DNA from: an uncultured Elusimicrobia bacterium
GTDB taxonomy: Bacteria; Elusimicrobiota; Elusimicrobia; Elusimicrobiales; UBA9959
NCBI GenBank assembly: GCA_965368225.1
Contig: CBDUMF010000002.1
Location: 1-32,831 of the forward strand
Direction: 5' to 3'
DNA length: 32,831 nt
Shown here one piece after another: positions 22,442 through 32,734 of the stretch (within the stretch, counting starts at the first letter, position 1; each line of letters begins with the position of its first letter). The notes under the pieces are model-generated. The model was not told where the DNA came from. It did not search any database and was given only the letters and a program-made list of their open reading frames with translations. The position numbers and the translations under genes are program-made.

Positions 22442-23746
22442 TTATAAAATCGTGGAAACCAAGTCAGCCAGCGGACTCCTTTCAGTTTTGGTGAAAGTCA
22501 AATGCCCGTATATCTTCTGTCCTCTGAACCTGTCAACAATGTAAATGAGACCGTTGGATTCAAGGTCCAGATAGGGATTGTCTATCTGAAATGGGTCCCC
22601 GGTAACCACTACCTTTGTTTTCTCCCCGGCGCGCGATAAAATAGTTTTTATCTCGTGTGGTGTGAGATTTTGCGCATCGTCAACTATCATGTATTGCTTG
22701 GGCAGGGACCTGCCCCTGATGTGAGTTACAGAGGCTATTTCTATTTTCTCGTTTTGCAAAAGATATTCAAAATGCTGGAGACCTTCATCCGGATGCCTTC
22801 TGTCCATAATGAATTCAAGGTTATCATAAATCGCCCCCATCCAGGGGGTGAGTTTTTCTTCCTTTGTCCCCGGAAGATACCCAATGTCTTTGCCGACCGG
22901 GATCACTGAACGGCAAATTATAAGTCTCTTGTAAATATTTTCATCTATTGCTTTCTGCAAGCCGCACGCAAGGGAAATAAGAGTCTTGCCGGTTCCCGCC
23001 GTCCCCAAAAGAGTCACCAACTTCACAGAATCGTCAAGAAGCAGGTCTATAGCGCATTTCTGCTCCCTGTTTCTCCCCTTTATCCCCCAGACTGAAGCAT
23101 CCTGCCTCATAAGTCTAATGGTGCCCTGCTTAAAAGGCAGTGTCCTGGCGGCTGCGGTTTTTTGGGGATCCTGGTGCGCCCTAAAAAAAATAAATTCATT
23201 CGAAGTCATATCACTAGTGTCAAATTCAATTTCCTTGAATTTATATAGTTTATCAATGATATTTCCCGGAACCTCCATATCTCTTGAACCCGAATACACC
23301 CCCTCAAATTTTACCTTGCCCGATTCATAGTCCTGAGATACAAGACCTATAGCTTCAGCCTTTATTCTCAAATTGGTGTCCTTGGTAACCAGAATTACTT
23401 TTTCTTTCTCGTTTTTTTTGTACCAGAAGGCTGTATTCAATATCCTGTTGTCCATTTCCTGGAGTTTAAATTCGGAAGGAAGCACAGCGGCGCGGTCAAG
23501 GTCCACCTTCAGAAGCCCCCCGCCATTTACTTCAACACCTATATCCAGCCTGCCTTTTTTTCTCAATTCATCAAGATTTCTTGACACTACTCTGGCATTT
23601 TTGCCCCTTTCATCCGGGGATGTTTTAAATCTGTCCAACTCTTGAATCACGGAAATTGGAATCACAACCGTATTGTCCTCAAATCTGGAAAAAGAATACG
23701 GGTCGTGAATAAGAACATTGGTGTCCAATATGAAAATCTTTTTCAT
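22442..23746 (-). CDS. PIN-domain plus PhoH-like ATPase (PhoH2/YlaK type)
   Basis: N-terminal PIN signature MKKIFILDTNVLIHDP, Walker A GTAGTGKT, and Walker B-like MIVDDAQN. Confidence 0.85.
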   Translation of the reverse strand: MKKIFILDTNVLIHDPYSFSRFEDNTVVIPISVIQELDRFKTSPDERGKNARVVSRNLDELRKKGRLDIGVEVNGGGLLKVDLDRAAVLPSEFKLQEMDNRILNTAFWYKKNEKEKVILVTKDTNLRIKAEAIGLVSQDYESGKVKFEGVYSGSRDMEVPGNIIDKLYKFKEIEFDTSDMTSNEFIFFRAHQDPQKTAAARTLPFKQGTIRLMRQDASVWGIKGRNREQKCAIDLLLDDSVKLVTLLGTAGTGKTLISLACGLQKAIDENIYKRLIICRSVIPVGKDIGYLPGTKEEKLTPWMGAIYDNLEFIMDRRHPDEGLQHFEYLLQNEKIEIASVTHIRGRSLPKQYMIVDDAQNLTPHEIKTILSRAGEKTKVVVTGDPFQIDNPYLDLESNGLIYIVDRFRGQKIYGHLTFTKTERSPLADLVSTIL

Positions 23747-23849
23747 TATTTTCGTTCAACCTTTTCTAATTGTAGCAAAAATCCGCGCAGATTTAACTTG
23801 CACGTAAAAAAATTGGTATGATAAGTTTAGATTAGAAAGGAGAAACAAT

Positions 23850-25238
23850 ATGAAAACCAATTTCAACCGAATTTCTCCCGCAAAAGGTCGTTTAGGGGTT
23901 CTAATACCCGGCATGGGAGCAGTAACAAGCACACTCATAGCAGGAGTAGAGCTAGTAAAGAAAAAACTTGCCAGGCCATTTGGATCTATCACTCAGATGC
24001 AAAGAATCAGATTGGGTAAAAGATATGAAAACAGGAACCCGCTCATAAAAAACTTCATGCCCCTTGCCGATCTGCGGGACCTTGTTTTTGGCGGCTGGGA
24101 CATATTTGAAGATTCCATGCATGTGGCGGCTCTCAAGGCGGGGGTTCTCTCCCCGGAGCAAATACTTCCTGTCAAAGAGGAACTCCGGTCTATACACCCG
24201 ATGCCAGCTGTTTTCGACAAAAAATTTGTCAAGAACCTTAAACCCAAACAGATAAAGCGACTAAATAATAAAATGGCGCAAGCAGAGGCATTAATCGAAG
24301 ATATACAAAATTTCAAAATGCGACACAATCTTTCGCGCCTTGTAATGGTATGGTGCGGTTCAACCGAAATTTTTATAAGCCCTTCCGCCATTCATGAAAA
24401 CCTACAAGACTTTGAAAAAGGTCTCAAGGAAAACTCGGCTTTGATATCTCCTTCTATGATTTACGCCTATGCCGCCATGAAAAGTGGCGTGCCTTTCGCC
24501 AACGGCGCTCCCAACCTTTCCATTGACGCGCCCGTTTTTGTTCATCTCGCGGAAGAAAAGAGAATTCCCATTGCGGGAAAAGATTTTAAAACCGGGCAAA
24601 CCTTGATGAAAACGATTCTGGCGCCCGGCCTTAAATCCAGAATGTTGGGGCTTAGTGGCTGGTACTCGACAAATATACTTGGCAATAGAGACGGAGAAGT
24701 TCTGGACGATCCAAAGTCTTTCAGGACAAAAGAGAAAAGCAAAATGTCTGTGCTTGACACCATTTTGGACCCCGACCTCTACCCGGAACTTTATTCCAAA
24801 TATCATCACAAGGTGCGGATAGACTATTACCCGCCGCGGGGAGACGCCAAGGAAGGATGGGATAATATAGACATCTTTGGCTGGCTTAAAATGCCTATGC
24901 AAATTAAAATAAACTTCCTTTGCAGAGACTCAATACTGGCAGCGCCGGTAATGCTGGATATTATTCTTTTTCTGGACCTTGCTCAACGAGCAGGGCTTAA
25001 AGGCATTCAGGAATGGATGTCATTTTTCTTCAAATCCCCGATGCACCGGCCAGATCTTAAGCCCGAAAACGACCTTTTCCTGCAACACATCAAACTGAAA
25101 AACACTTTGAGGATACTTGCCGGAGAAGAGGTTTTAGACCATTCGGGATTGGATTACTATGAGGGTCCAAAAGCCTCTCCGAAGGTTGCCCCTTCTCCCA
25201 AACCATACAAGAAGCGCGCAAAGACATGCAAAAAATGA
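23850..25238 (+). CDS. ino1: myo-Inositol-1-phosphate synthase (inositol-3-phosphate synthase)
   Basis: Collinear with archaeal/bacterial MIPS as I recall it: MIYAYAAMKSGVPFANGAPN, GKDFKTGQTLMKT, ILAAPVMLDIILFLDLA, FFFKSPM. Strong SD AAAGGAG before the ATG. Extra Lys/Pro-rich C-terminal tail. Confidence 0.85.
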   Translation: MKTNFNRISPAKGRLGVLIPGMGAVTSTLIAGVELVKKKLARPFGSITQMQRIRLGKRYENRNPLIKNFMPLADLRDLVFGGWDIFEDSMHVAALKAGVLSPEQILPVKEELRSIHPMPAVFDKKFVKNLKPKQIKRLNNKMAQAEALIEDIQNFKMRHNLSRLVMVWCGSTEIFISPSAIHENLQDFEKGLKENSALISPSMIYAYAAMKSGVPFANGAPNLSIDAPVFVHLAEEKRIPIAGKDFKTGQTLMKTILAPGLKSRMLGLSGWYSTNILGNRDGEVLDDPKSFRTKEKSKMSVLDTILDPDLYPELYSKYHHKVRIDYYPPRGDAKEGWDNIDIFGWLKMPMQIKINFLCRDSILAAPVMLDIILFLDLAQRAGLKGIQEWMSFFFKSPMHRPDLKPENDLFLQHIKLKNTLRILAGEEVLDHSGLDYYEGPKASPKVAPSPKPYKKRAKTCKK

Positions 25239-27817
25239 AGATTTTTTTCCCAATCGTTCTTCTCTTCATTTTGCAATCCGGATTTTCGCAGGTAACTGCG
25301 CCTGCTGCAGATAAAAAATCCCCAGAAGCATCGTCAAGCGAAAACGGTGGTTTGAGCAAGATACTGGATGAACTTTGGCAAACCCCGACTCTGCCTCCCG
25401 AAACAAAAAAGACATCATTGAAGGAAACAGATTCACTCCCCCCGGAAAAAACGAGCCAGAACCAGGATATTAATTCGTTGCCGGGCATAGCGAACATTGA
25501 ATCCACAACCGAAACTATACCGGCAGAAAGTCCCGAGCTCATAATTCCGGAAGAGGGAACAGAAGACAAAGGCCCCTGGGAAATAGGCGACATGCGCGTG
25601 GAAGGCAACATGCACGTGAAACCAAAAGTAATATTAAAGACATCGAAGGCGAAAAAAGGAAAACTCTACTATCAAAGCGACATCGATGCCGACATGGAAG
25701 CGATTTTGAACCTTGGAAGCATTGAAACAGTAACAATAGATTTAAGCCCCCTTGATAAAAAGCTTTCCCCTGAATATGCCGAACTGACAAAAAGTACATC
25801 GACATTTCGCATAGTTTATAAAATCCGCGAAAAGCCGCAAATAGAAAAAATACTGGTGGAAGGCAATGAAAAGTTATCTGATTCTTCCATAAAAAGAGCG
25901 ATGGAACTTGCGGAAAAAGATTTTTGGGATGAAATACAAATGAAGGAAGACATCGTAAAAATAACCGAGAAATACGTTAAAAGAGGTTTTATAAACGCAA
26001 AAGCGAATTATGTAATTGAAAAATCGCCGAAACCCAGCGCCATAATCGTGAAAATCAAGATAAATGAAGGAAAAAAGTGCCGGGTAAAAAGCGTAGAAAT
26101 CAAAGGGGTAAAATCTTTCAAAAAAAAGAAGCTCATCAAGAAGATGAAGAATCGTCCCAGGAAAATATACCGTGAGGAAGAATTCGAAAATGACATAAAA
26201 GAAATCTCGGATTTTTACAAAAACAAGGGTTTCAGCAATTTTAGAATAATTTCCTCGTCGGTAGCATTTAACGACGAGAAAAGCGAGGCCATGATTCAAA
26301 TAATCCTATCCGAAGGCAAAAGATACAACTTCGGAAAAACCTATTTCTCAGGAAACAGCGTTTATACGTCCCTGGAGTTGAAGGAGACTTTGGCACACAA
26401 AGTAAACAAACTATTCAAGCAAAATCTTCTCGACGACAGCTTGAGGGCACTGCAAAATAAATACGCCGACAGGGGATATCTGCGGGCGAAAATAGACATA
26501 ACAAAGAAGGAAAATCCAAAAACGGGCGAGTTAGACATATATTTTGACATAGAAGAAAACAATCCAATATATGTCGCGCACATAGACATAGCAGGCAATA
26601 AAGCCACAAAAACCTTTGTCTTCCGCAGGGAAATAGTACAAAAAGAAGGCGAGGTTTTCAGCTCCTCCAAAATCCGGAGAAGTCAGGAGAAAATATTTAA
26701 CCTGGGTTTCATAGACGACGTGCAACTGGCAATAAATCCAACCTCGGACCCCGACCATGTTGACCTTGTATTTGACATAGCCGAGGGCAAGCCCGGCATG
26801 CTTACCGCCGGGGCAGCGGTATCCTCAAACGAAGGTCTTATGGGTACTCTGTCCATTAATCACCTTAATCTTTTCGGCAGGGCCCAGAGACTTTCGCTGT
26901 CATGGCAGTTCGGCAAAAGAGTGCAGGATTATTATTTAAGCTGGACAACCCCATGGATAAAAGATCATCCCACGAGTCTTGGCGTTGACATCTTTAACAC
27001 AAGAAGGTACCGCCCTTACAAAGATTCTTTATCTGCTTACACTCAAAAGAGAAGCGGTTCCAAAATAACTATGGGCCCGAGATTTGAAAACGACAAGTAT
27101 CACTTAACCGCTTCCTACACATGGGAAAAAATCAAAATAACCGGCATCGAGGACCAATTCAAAACCGAATTAACCGGGGGCACAAGCGTAACATCTTCCA
27201 TTTACCTGGAATTTGCCCGGGACACACGAGACAATATATGGGACCCGACAAAGGGCTCCCGGGCCTCCATTGGAATTGAATTAAGCGGCGGTCCTTTGAT
27301 GGGTGATGTAAACTTTTACAAACCCAATTTTTCCTATAGCAATAACTTCAAGCTCTTTTCAATAGGTGATTATCCGTTTGTTTTGTCCTTCGCAAACAAA
27401 TTCGGATACGTCGCAAGGTTTGGTTCCACAAAAAGCGTGCCGGTATACGAGAAATATTTCATTGGTGGAGCTGACACCGTGAGAGGATACAATTCAAACG
27501 GACAGATAGGCCCTCCGAATGGAGGAAAAATCTACAACGTGTTCAATATGGAATTCAAATTTCCCCTGGCTCGTGAAAGGAAAAGAACAATCGTCCAATG
27601 GGGATTCTTTCTGGATATAGGAAATTCGTGGGAGGATTTTAGCGATATATCTCTGGGAATCGGCTCAAGCCAGAATCAATTAAAAGCCGGTGCCGGCTTC
27701 GGCATAAGATTTACGACTCCCGCCTTCCCGATAAGATTGGATTGGGGTTACGGTTTCAACCACAAATCGGGAGAGGATAGAAGCGATATATATTTTACTC
27801 TCGGGAATCTGTTTTAG
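25226..27817 (+). CDS. bamA: Outer membrane protein assembly factor BamA
   Basis: Signal peptide, POTRA-like repeats, a C-terminal beta-barrel region and a terminal ...YFTLGNLF ending in Phe. An alternative start at ATG 25235 forms an ATGA overlap with the ino1 stop. Confidence 0.85.
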   Translation: MQKMKIFFPIVLLFILQSGFSQVTAPAADKKSPEASSSENGGLSKILDELWQTPTLPPETKKTSLKETDSLPPEKTSQNQDINSLPGIANIESTTETIPAESPELIIPEEGTEDKGPWEIGDMRVEGNMHVKPKVILKTSKAKKGKLYYQSDIDADMEAILNLGSIETVTIDLSPLDKKLSPEYAELTKSTSTFRIVYKIREKPQIEKILVEGNEKLSDSSIKRAMELAEKDFWDEIQMKEDIVKITEKYVKRGFINAKANYVIEKSPKPSAIIVKIKINEGKKCRVKSVEIKGVKSFKKKKLIKKMKNRPRKIYREEEFENDIKEISDFYKNKGFSNFRIISSSVAFNDEKSEAMIQIILSEGKRYNFGKTYFSGNSVYTSLELKETLAHKVNKLFKQNLLDDSLRALQNKYADRGYLRAKIDITKKENPKTGELDIYFDIEENNPIYVAHIDIAGNKATKTFVFRREIVQKEGEVFSSSKIRRSQEKIFNLGFIDDVQLAINPTSDPDHVDLVFDIAEGKPGMLTAGAAVSSNEGLMGTLSINHLNLFGRAQRLSLSWQFGKRVQDYYLSWTTPWIKDHPTSLGVDIFNTRRYRPYKDSLSAYTQKRSGSKITMGPRFENDKYHLTASYTWEKIKITGIEDQFKTELTGGTSVTSSIYLEFARDTRDNIWDPTKGSRASIGIELSGGPLMGDVNFYKPNFSYSNNFKLFSIGDYPFVLSFANKFGYVARFGSTKSVPVYEKYFIGGADTVRGYNSNGQIGPPNGGKIYNVFNMEFKFPLARERKRTIVQWGFFLDIGNSWEDFSDISLGIGSSQNQLKAGAGFGIRFTTPAFPIRLDWGYGFNHKSGEDRSDIYFTLGNLF

Positions 27818-27837
27818 TTTTTTGTACAATTACTAAT

Positions 27838-28755
27838 ATGCGACATTTTCTCGCCAAAACCACGATTCTTGCCTTGCTACTCTTTGCCTTCCTGCCAGCG
27901 GTCATTTTTTCCCTTGAAATCTCGCTCGAGCAAAACAGAGCGGAAAGCGGAACCATCGGCTTTGTGGACATAGACAAGGTTTTTGCCATGTATTCCCTGA
28001 CGAAAGAGGAAAGAGAAAAATTCAAAAAAGAAGTGAAGAAAAGGCAGGATTTCATCAACCGGAAAAAAGAACAAATAACCCTTCTCGAGAGCGAGATAAA
28101 TAAACTCGAAAAAGAAAAAAAGATTGCTCTTGCCCTGATTCAAAAACAAAAGGAAGAGATTGCCTTATCAACTCCCACAGCCTTTGAATTTTCAGCGGGC
28201 GCCTCAACCTCTACAACCAACGCGCAGGCAAACGGCGCGGCAGTCCCCTCATCCTCCACTGTTTTGAATCAATCCACGACCACCGCGCCCTCCATGGCGG
28301 CTGTAAACATCTCCTCTTCCTCACATAAGTCTCCGGAGAAAAAACCTGCCGAACCTGAACCCGAGAACGACAAACCGTCTTCCCCTTCTTCATCAATTCT
28401 AATTAACCTGCCCGGCGTGGGAGATGTCCCCATCCCCTCACATAAATTTTCAATCTCGACATCCCCTGCCGAAATCCAGAAGGCGATTGAAGACAAAAAA
28501 TCCGAAATCCTTGAAATAAAAAGGGAAATAAGCGAATTCAGGGAAAAAGCCGAAAAAGAACTTTCAAATTACGAGAATTATAAAACCCAGCAAATCATTC
28601 TTAATATTTACAGGGCAATACGAGAACTCGCCCTCAAAGAAGGCGCAAGCGTGATAATAGACAAAAAATCAATCCTTTTCGGCAACGCCGCAGTGGACCT
28701 TACCAGCAAACTCCTGAAAAGATTAGAAGAAAAAGATACCAATGAAAATCAGTGA
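27838..28755 (+). CDS. skp: OmpH/Skp-like periplasmic chaperone with a long low-complexity insertion
   Basis: Signal peptide, [10 protein letters not shown] start, coiled-coil KE-rich arms, and the canonical position between bamA and lpxD. A ~100-aa S/T/P/A-rich insert is present. Confidence 0.65.
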   Translation: MRHFLAKTTILALLLFAFLPAVIFSLEISLEQNRAESGTIGFVDIDKVFAMYSLTKEEREKFKKEVKKRQDFINRKKEQITLLESEINKLEKEKKIALALIQKQKEEIALSTPTAFEFSAGASTSTTNAQANGAAVPSSSTVLNQSTTTAPSMAAVNISSSSHKSPEKKPAEPEPENDKPSSPSSSILINLPGVGDVPIPSHKFSISTSPAEIQKAIEDKKSEILEIKREISEFREKAEKELSNYENYKTQQIILNIYRAIRELALKEGASVIIDKKSILFGNAAVDLTSKLLKRLEEKDTNENQ

Positions 28756-29755
28756 AATAGCCAGAGTTTTCGATTGTAAATTTTATGGCGCCGACGCCGA
28801 CATTAACCGCGGCGCCGCTCTCGAGAAAGCCCGCAAGGGAGACATTGCCTATCTTGAAAATGTTAAAAAAGCAGGCCTCTTGAAAAACTGCGCCGCCTCC
28901 TGTATAATCCTACCCAGGAACCTGCCTGAGGAAAATCTCCCTGAAAAGTCGGCGGTGATTCTTACTTCCAATCCTAAACTCCTGTTCGCCAGATGTATGA
29001 AACTTTTGGAAGAAAAAAAGGAAGTCAAATCAGGTATCGATTCCTCGGCAAAGATATCAAAAAACGCCGAAATTGACAAAACCGCCTGCGTGGGACCTTT
29101 TTGCGTTATAGAAGAAAACGCAAAAGTAGGGAAAAATTCAGTGGTAGGCGCCGGTTCCTACATAGGTAAAAACTCAAAAATAGGGGATAATTGCCGCATA
29201 TATCCAAATGTCGTCATACTGGAAAACTGCGTGATAGAAAACAATGTCATAGTTCACAGCGCTGCTGTCATAGGTTCCGACGGCTTCGGGTATGTCCGCT
29301 CGGAAAAAGGACACGAGAAAATTCCGCAAATCGGCAAGGTAATAATAAAAGAGAACGCTGAAATAGGTGCAGGCTGCGCCATAGACAGGGGAGCACTCGA
29401 TGAAACAGTTATAGGCAAGGGCAGTAAAATAGACAATAATGTTCACATAGCACATAACGTAAAAATAGGGAAAAACTGCCTGGTGCTGGCGCAGGCCGGC
29501 ATAGCCGGATCCGTAACTGTGAAAGACAATGCAATAATAGGCGGACAAGCAGGTCTTGCAGATCATATAACCATAGGCGAAAACGCCGTAATAATGTCCA
29601 AGACCGGCGTCATGTTCGACATAAAAGACAATGCCGTGGTCTTCGGTCATTTCGCCAAGCCGAGAAGAGACGCTCTAAAACATGAGGTTCTTATATCAAA
29701 ACTTCCGGAAATGTATAAAATCCTAACAAAAATAAAGAAAAGACTTGGCGTATAA
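28742..29755 (+). CDS. lpxD: UDP-3-O-acylglucosamine N-acyltransferase
   Basis: N-terminal MKISEIA...GDIAYLEN domain followed by long hexapeptide (left-handed beta-helix) repeats. Gene context supports it. Confidence 0.85.
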   Translation: MKISEIARVFDCKFYGADADINRGAALEKARKGDIAYLENVKKAGLLKNCAASCIILPRNLPEENLPEKSAVILTSNPKLLFARCMKLLEEKKEVKSGIDSSAKISKNAEIDKTACVGPFCVIEENAKVGKNSVVGAGSYIGKNSKIGDNCRIYPNVVILENCVIENNVIVHSAAVIGSDGFGYVRSEKGHEKIPQIGKVIIKENAEIGAGCAIDRGALDETVIGKGSKIDNNVHIAHNVKIGKNCLVLAQAGIAGSVTVKDNAIIGGQAGLADHITIGENAVIMSKTGVMFDIKDNAVVFGHFAKPRRDALKHEVLISKLPEMYKILTKIKKRLGV

Positions 29756-29758
29756 AGA

Positions 29759-30637
29759 ATGTTCAGAAGAACTATATCCGCAAAAGTTTCGCTTGAAGGA
29801 CGCGCCCTTCACACAGGAGAACATTCAAAGGTAACTTTCCTGCCTTCTCCCACCCCTTCGGGAATCAGATTTATTCGCTTTGAAAATGGGGAAAAAAGAA
29901 TCCTTCCAGCCAACCTGGCAAATGCCGCTGAATCTGTCCGCGGAACAAACCTCAAAAAAAACGGGACTTCCATCCGTACAATCGAGCATATCATGTCGGC
30001 AGCTTTCGGGCTTTCTCTGGATGATCTGGACATTGAGATTAGCGCTTCAGAGCCGCCGGCTATGGATGGGTCGGCGAAAGAGTTTGTGTGCGCCCTTCTG
30101 AAAGCGGGCATCAGAGAAAAAAGACAGCAGAAAAAAAACCCTTTTTCAATCTCAAAACAATTTGAATTCGTGTCCCGGGAGTCTACCTATAAAGTTTTCC
30201 CGTCAGAAAAGTTTTCCGTCCGACTCAGATATTTAAACAAACACCCTTTAATCGGCGTTGAGGAGGCAATTTATTCGGAAGGAGACAATTATTTAAAGGA
30301 AATTGCTGGAGCGCGAACATTTTGTTTAATGGACGAAATCGAGTTCCTCCGCGCCAGAGGGCTCGGCAAAGGGGGTTCCTTAAAAAACGTAATCGTGGTT
30401 GACTCCGACAAATTCCTGGCGGAAGGAGGCTTGAGATTTACAAACGAACTGGCCCGCCACAAGCTTCTGGACTTTCTCGGCGACCTGAAACTCCTTAACC
30501 TGAATTTCAGAAATTTCAGCGTAGAAGCCGAAAGAACGGGACACGAACAAAACATAAAATTCGCGAGAATCCTTTTTGAAAAGTTGGAAACGCAGGAGGA
30601 TAAATGGAAAAGAGACTACCGCAAGGTAAACCTTTAA
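29759..30637 (+). CDS. lpxC: UDP-3-O-acyl-N-acetylglucosamine deacetylase
   Basis: LHTGE, TIEHIMSA, PAMDGSA and HKLLDFLGDL motifs. Confidence 0.85.
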   Translation: MFRRTISAKVSLEGRALHTGEHSKVTFLPSPTPSGIRFIRFENGEKRILPANLANAAESVRGTNLKKNGTSIRTIEHIMSAAFGLSLDDLDIEISASEPPAMDGSAKEFVCALLKAGIREKRQQKKNPFSISKQFEFVSRESTYKVFPSEKFSVRLRYLNKHPLIGVEEAIYSEGDNYLKEIAGARTFCLMDEIEFLRARGLGKGGSLKNVIVVDSDKFLAEGGLRFTNELARHKLLDFLGDLKLLNLNFRNFSVEAERTGHEQNIKFARILFEKLETQEDKWKRDYRKVNL

Positions 30638-31062
30638 GGGTTTTAAGCTGCCAGGAAATCTTAAACATAATACCGCACAGATACCCGTTTCTTCTCGTGG
30701 ACAAAGTGGAAATATACGAAGAAAACTCTCTTGCGGTTGGGATTAAATGCGTAAGCGCCAACGAACTTTATTTTCACGGACATTTCCCAAAAAAACCGGT
30801 GATGCCCGGCGTTTTCATACTCGAGGCGATGGCTCAGACGGCTGCCGCCATGATGCTGCAAAAAGCAGAGCTTGCAAGTAAATTTGCTTATTTTGCGGGA
30901 ATAAAAAATGCCAGGTTTAAAAAGCAGGTTCTCCCGGGCGACATTTTAAAATTGCACGTAAAAATGCTTAAATTTAAGAGAAAAATAGGAAAGGTTGAAG
31001 GCACCGCATTTGTAAACGGAGAAATTGCATCTCAGGCTGAATTGATATTCGCCGTCGATTAA
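30604..31062 (+). CDS. fabZ: 3-hydroxyacyl-ACP dehydratase FabZ
   Basis: IPHRYPFLLVD and FHGHFPKKPVMPGV motifs. AGGAGG SD before ATG 30604. Overlaps the lpxC 3' end by 34 nt. Confidence 0.9.
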   Translation: MEKRLPQGKPLRVLSCQEILNIIPHRYPFLLVDKVEIYEENSLAVGIKCVSANELYFHGHFPKKPVMPGVFILEAMAQTAAAMMLQKAELASKFAYFAGIKNARFKKQVLPGDILKLHVKMLKFKRKIGKVEGTAFVNGEIASQAELIFAVD

Positions 31063-31079
31063 CTCTGGATGAAAACATT

Positions 31080-31874
31080 ATGGCTATAAAAATTCACAAT
31101 ACCGCAGTGATAGACAAGCGAGCTGCCATAGGAAAAAATGTGGAAATCGCACCCTATGCAGTCATCGGCGAAAACGTGGTTATAGGAGACGGAACATTCA
31201 TCGGTCCTCATTCGGTGATAGAACACGCTGTAATAGGCAGAAACAATTACCTCAGCGCTCACGTCTTTATCGGCTTTGCTCCCCAGGATTTCAAATACAA
31301 AGGAGAAAGAACAAAAGTTCTTATAGGGGACAATAATATAATTCGCGAGGGGGTGTCCATTCACCGCGGCAGCGCCTCAACCAAAGTCACTATCATAGGC
31401 AGCGGCTGCATGTTCATGGCAAACTCTCACGCCGGTCATGATTGCAGAATCGGGAACAATGTGATAATGACCAATTCGGCCGCTGCCGCCGGACATGTGG
31501 AAATAGAGGACAACGCAATAATAAGCGGTTTGAGCGCCATTCATCAATTCGTGCGAATAGGCCGGCTTTGCATGATAAGCGGCGGAGCAATGGTAAATCA
31601 GGACATCATTCCGTACACCACGGCTCAAGGTGACAGGGCGCGTCCTGTATGTTTGAATGTCGTAGGACTTAAAAGAAACGGGATAAATGCTGAAAGCATA
31701 CGCTCCATCAAACGCGCCTTCAGAATTCTGTTCTTCGAGAATCTTTCCCTTGAAAAAGCTCTGGCTAAAATAAGAAGCGAAAACCTTTCCCCCGAGGCCC
31801 GGCACATAGCCGATTTTTGCGAAAGCTCCCGACGGGGAATAGCAAGACCCACAAAACAGAGGGGCGAAAAATGA
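31080..31874 (+). CDS. lpxA: Acyl-ACP:UDP-N-acetylglucosamine O-acyltransferase
   Basis: Begins IHNTAVIDKRAAIGKNVEIAPYAVIG, followed by hexapeptide repeats and a helical C-terminal domain. Gene context supports it. Confidence 0.85.
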   Translation: MAIKIHNTAVIDKRAAIGKNVEIAPYAVIGENVVIGDGTFIGPHSVIEHAVIGRNNYLSAHVFIGFAPQDFKYKGERTKVLIGDNNIIREGVSIHRGSASTKVTIIGSGCMFMANSHAGHDCRIGNNVIMTNSAAAAGHVEIEDNAIISGLSAIHQFVRIGRLCMISGGAMVNQDIIPYTTAQGDRARPVCLNVVGLKRNGINAESIRSIKRAFRILFFENLSLEKALAKIRSENLSPEARHIADFCESSRRGIARPTKQRGEK

Positions 31875-32734
31875 GCGATAAAAAAATAGGATTGATAGCC
31901 GGAGCCGGTCTTTATCCTCTCTCATTTGCCGAAGAAGCATCTAAAATGGGATACAAGGTCTATGTGGTATCCTTCAAGGGAATAACAAATAGCGGCATTG
32001 AAGACATCTCAGAAAAGGTGAAATATTTCAATCTTGGTCAGATAAGTGCGCCAATAAAATTTTTCAGGGAAAATGGCGTAAAGAAAGTTGTCATGGCCGG
32101 GAATGTTCCGCATATCTCCATATTCGGAAATCTCTACCCGGATTTGAGAGCCGCAAAAATACTTTTCCGTTTGAAAAGCAAGAGGGCTAACGCCATACTA
32201 AATGCAATTTCAGACGAACTTAGAAAAGACGACATAGAACTTGTCAATTCGGCGACTTTCCTGGAAAACCTTCTGCCAAAGCCCGGACTCCTGACCTCCC
32301 GCAAACCGTCAAAAAAACAAGTGGCGGACATAGAGTTCGGCTGGAAAATAGCGAAGCAAATAGCCGAAATGGACATAGGACTGACAGTGGTTGTAAAGGA
32401 AAAGACCATAATTTCAGTGGAGGCGCTTGAGGGAACGGATGAATGTATAAAAAGGGCGGGACAAATCTTTAAGCGAAATTCTCAAAACCCTGAAAACCTT
32501 GTCGTCGTGAAGGTGGCGCGCCCGCGTCAGGACATGCGTTTTGACCTGCCGGTCGTCGGCGCCAAAACCATAGAAAGCATGATTTCGGCAAACGCGACTC
32601 TCCTCGCCATCGAAGCCTACAAAACCCTCATACTTGAAAAACCTAAATTCCTGAAAAAAGCGAATGAAAACAGAATATCAGTTCTGGCCGTAAATCCCGC
32701 CGTAATGATTTTTCGGCGCGGGTGCTCAATATAA
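31871..32734 (+). CDS. lpxI: UDP-2,3-diacylglucosamine pyrophosphatase LpxI (DUF1009 family)
   Basis: KIGLIAGAGLYPL, GLTVVV..ISVEALEGTDECIKRAG and PRQDMRFDLPVVG motifs. I chose the start at ATG 31871, which forms an ATGA overlap with the lpxA stop. The track's 31817 start lies inside lpxA. Confidence 0.8.
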   Translation: MSDKKIGLIAGAGLYPLSFAEEASKMGYKVYVVSFKGITNSGIEDISEKVKYFNLGQISAPIKFFRENGVKKVVMAGNVPHISIFGNLYPDLRAAKILFRLKSKRANAILNAISDELRKDDIELVNSATFLENLLPKPGLLTSRKPSKKQVADIEFGWKIAKQIAEMDIGLTVVVKEKTIISVEALEGTDECIKRAGQIFKRNSQNPENLVVVKVARPRQDMRFDLPVVGAKTIESMISANATLLAIEAYKTLILEKPKFLKKANENRISVLAVNPAVMIFRRGCSI

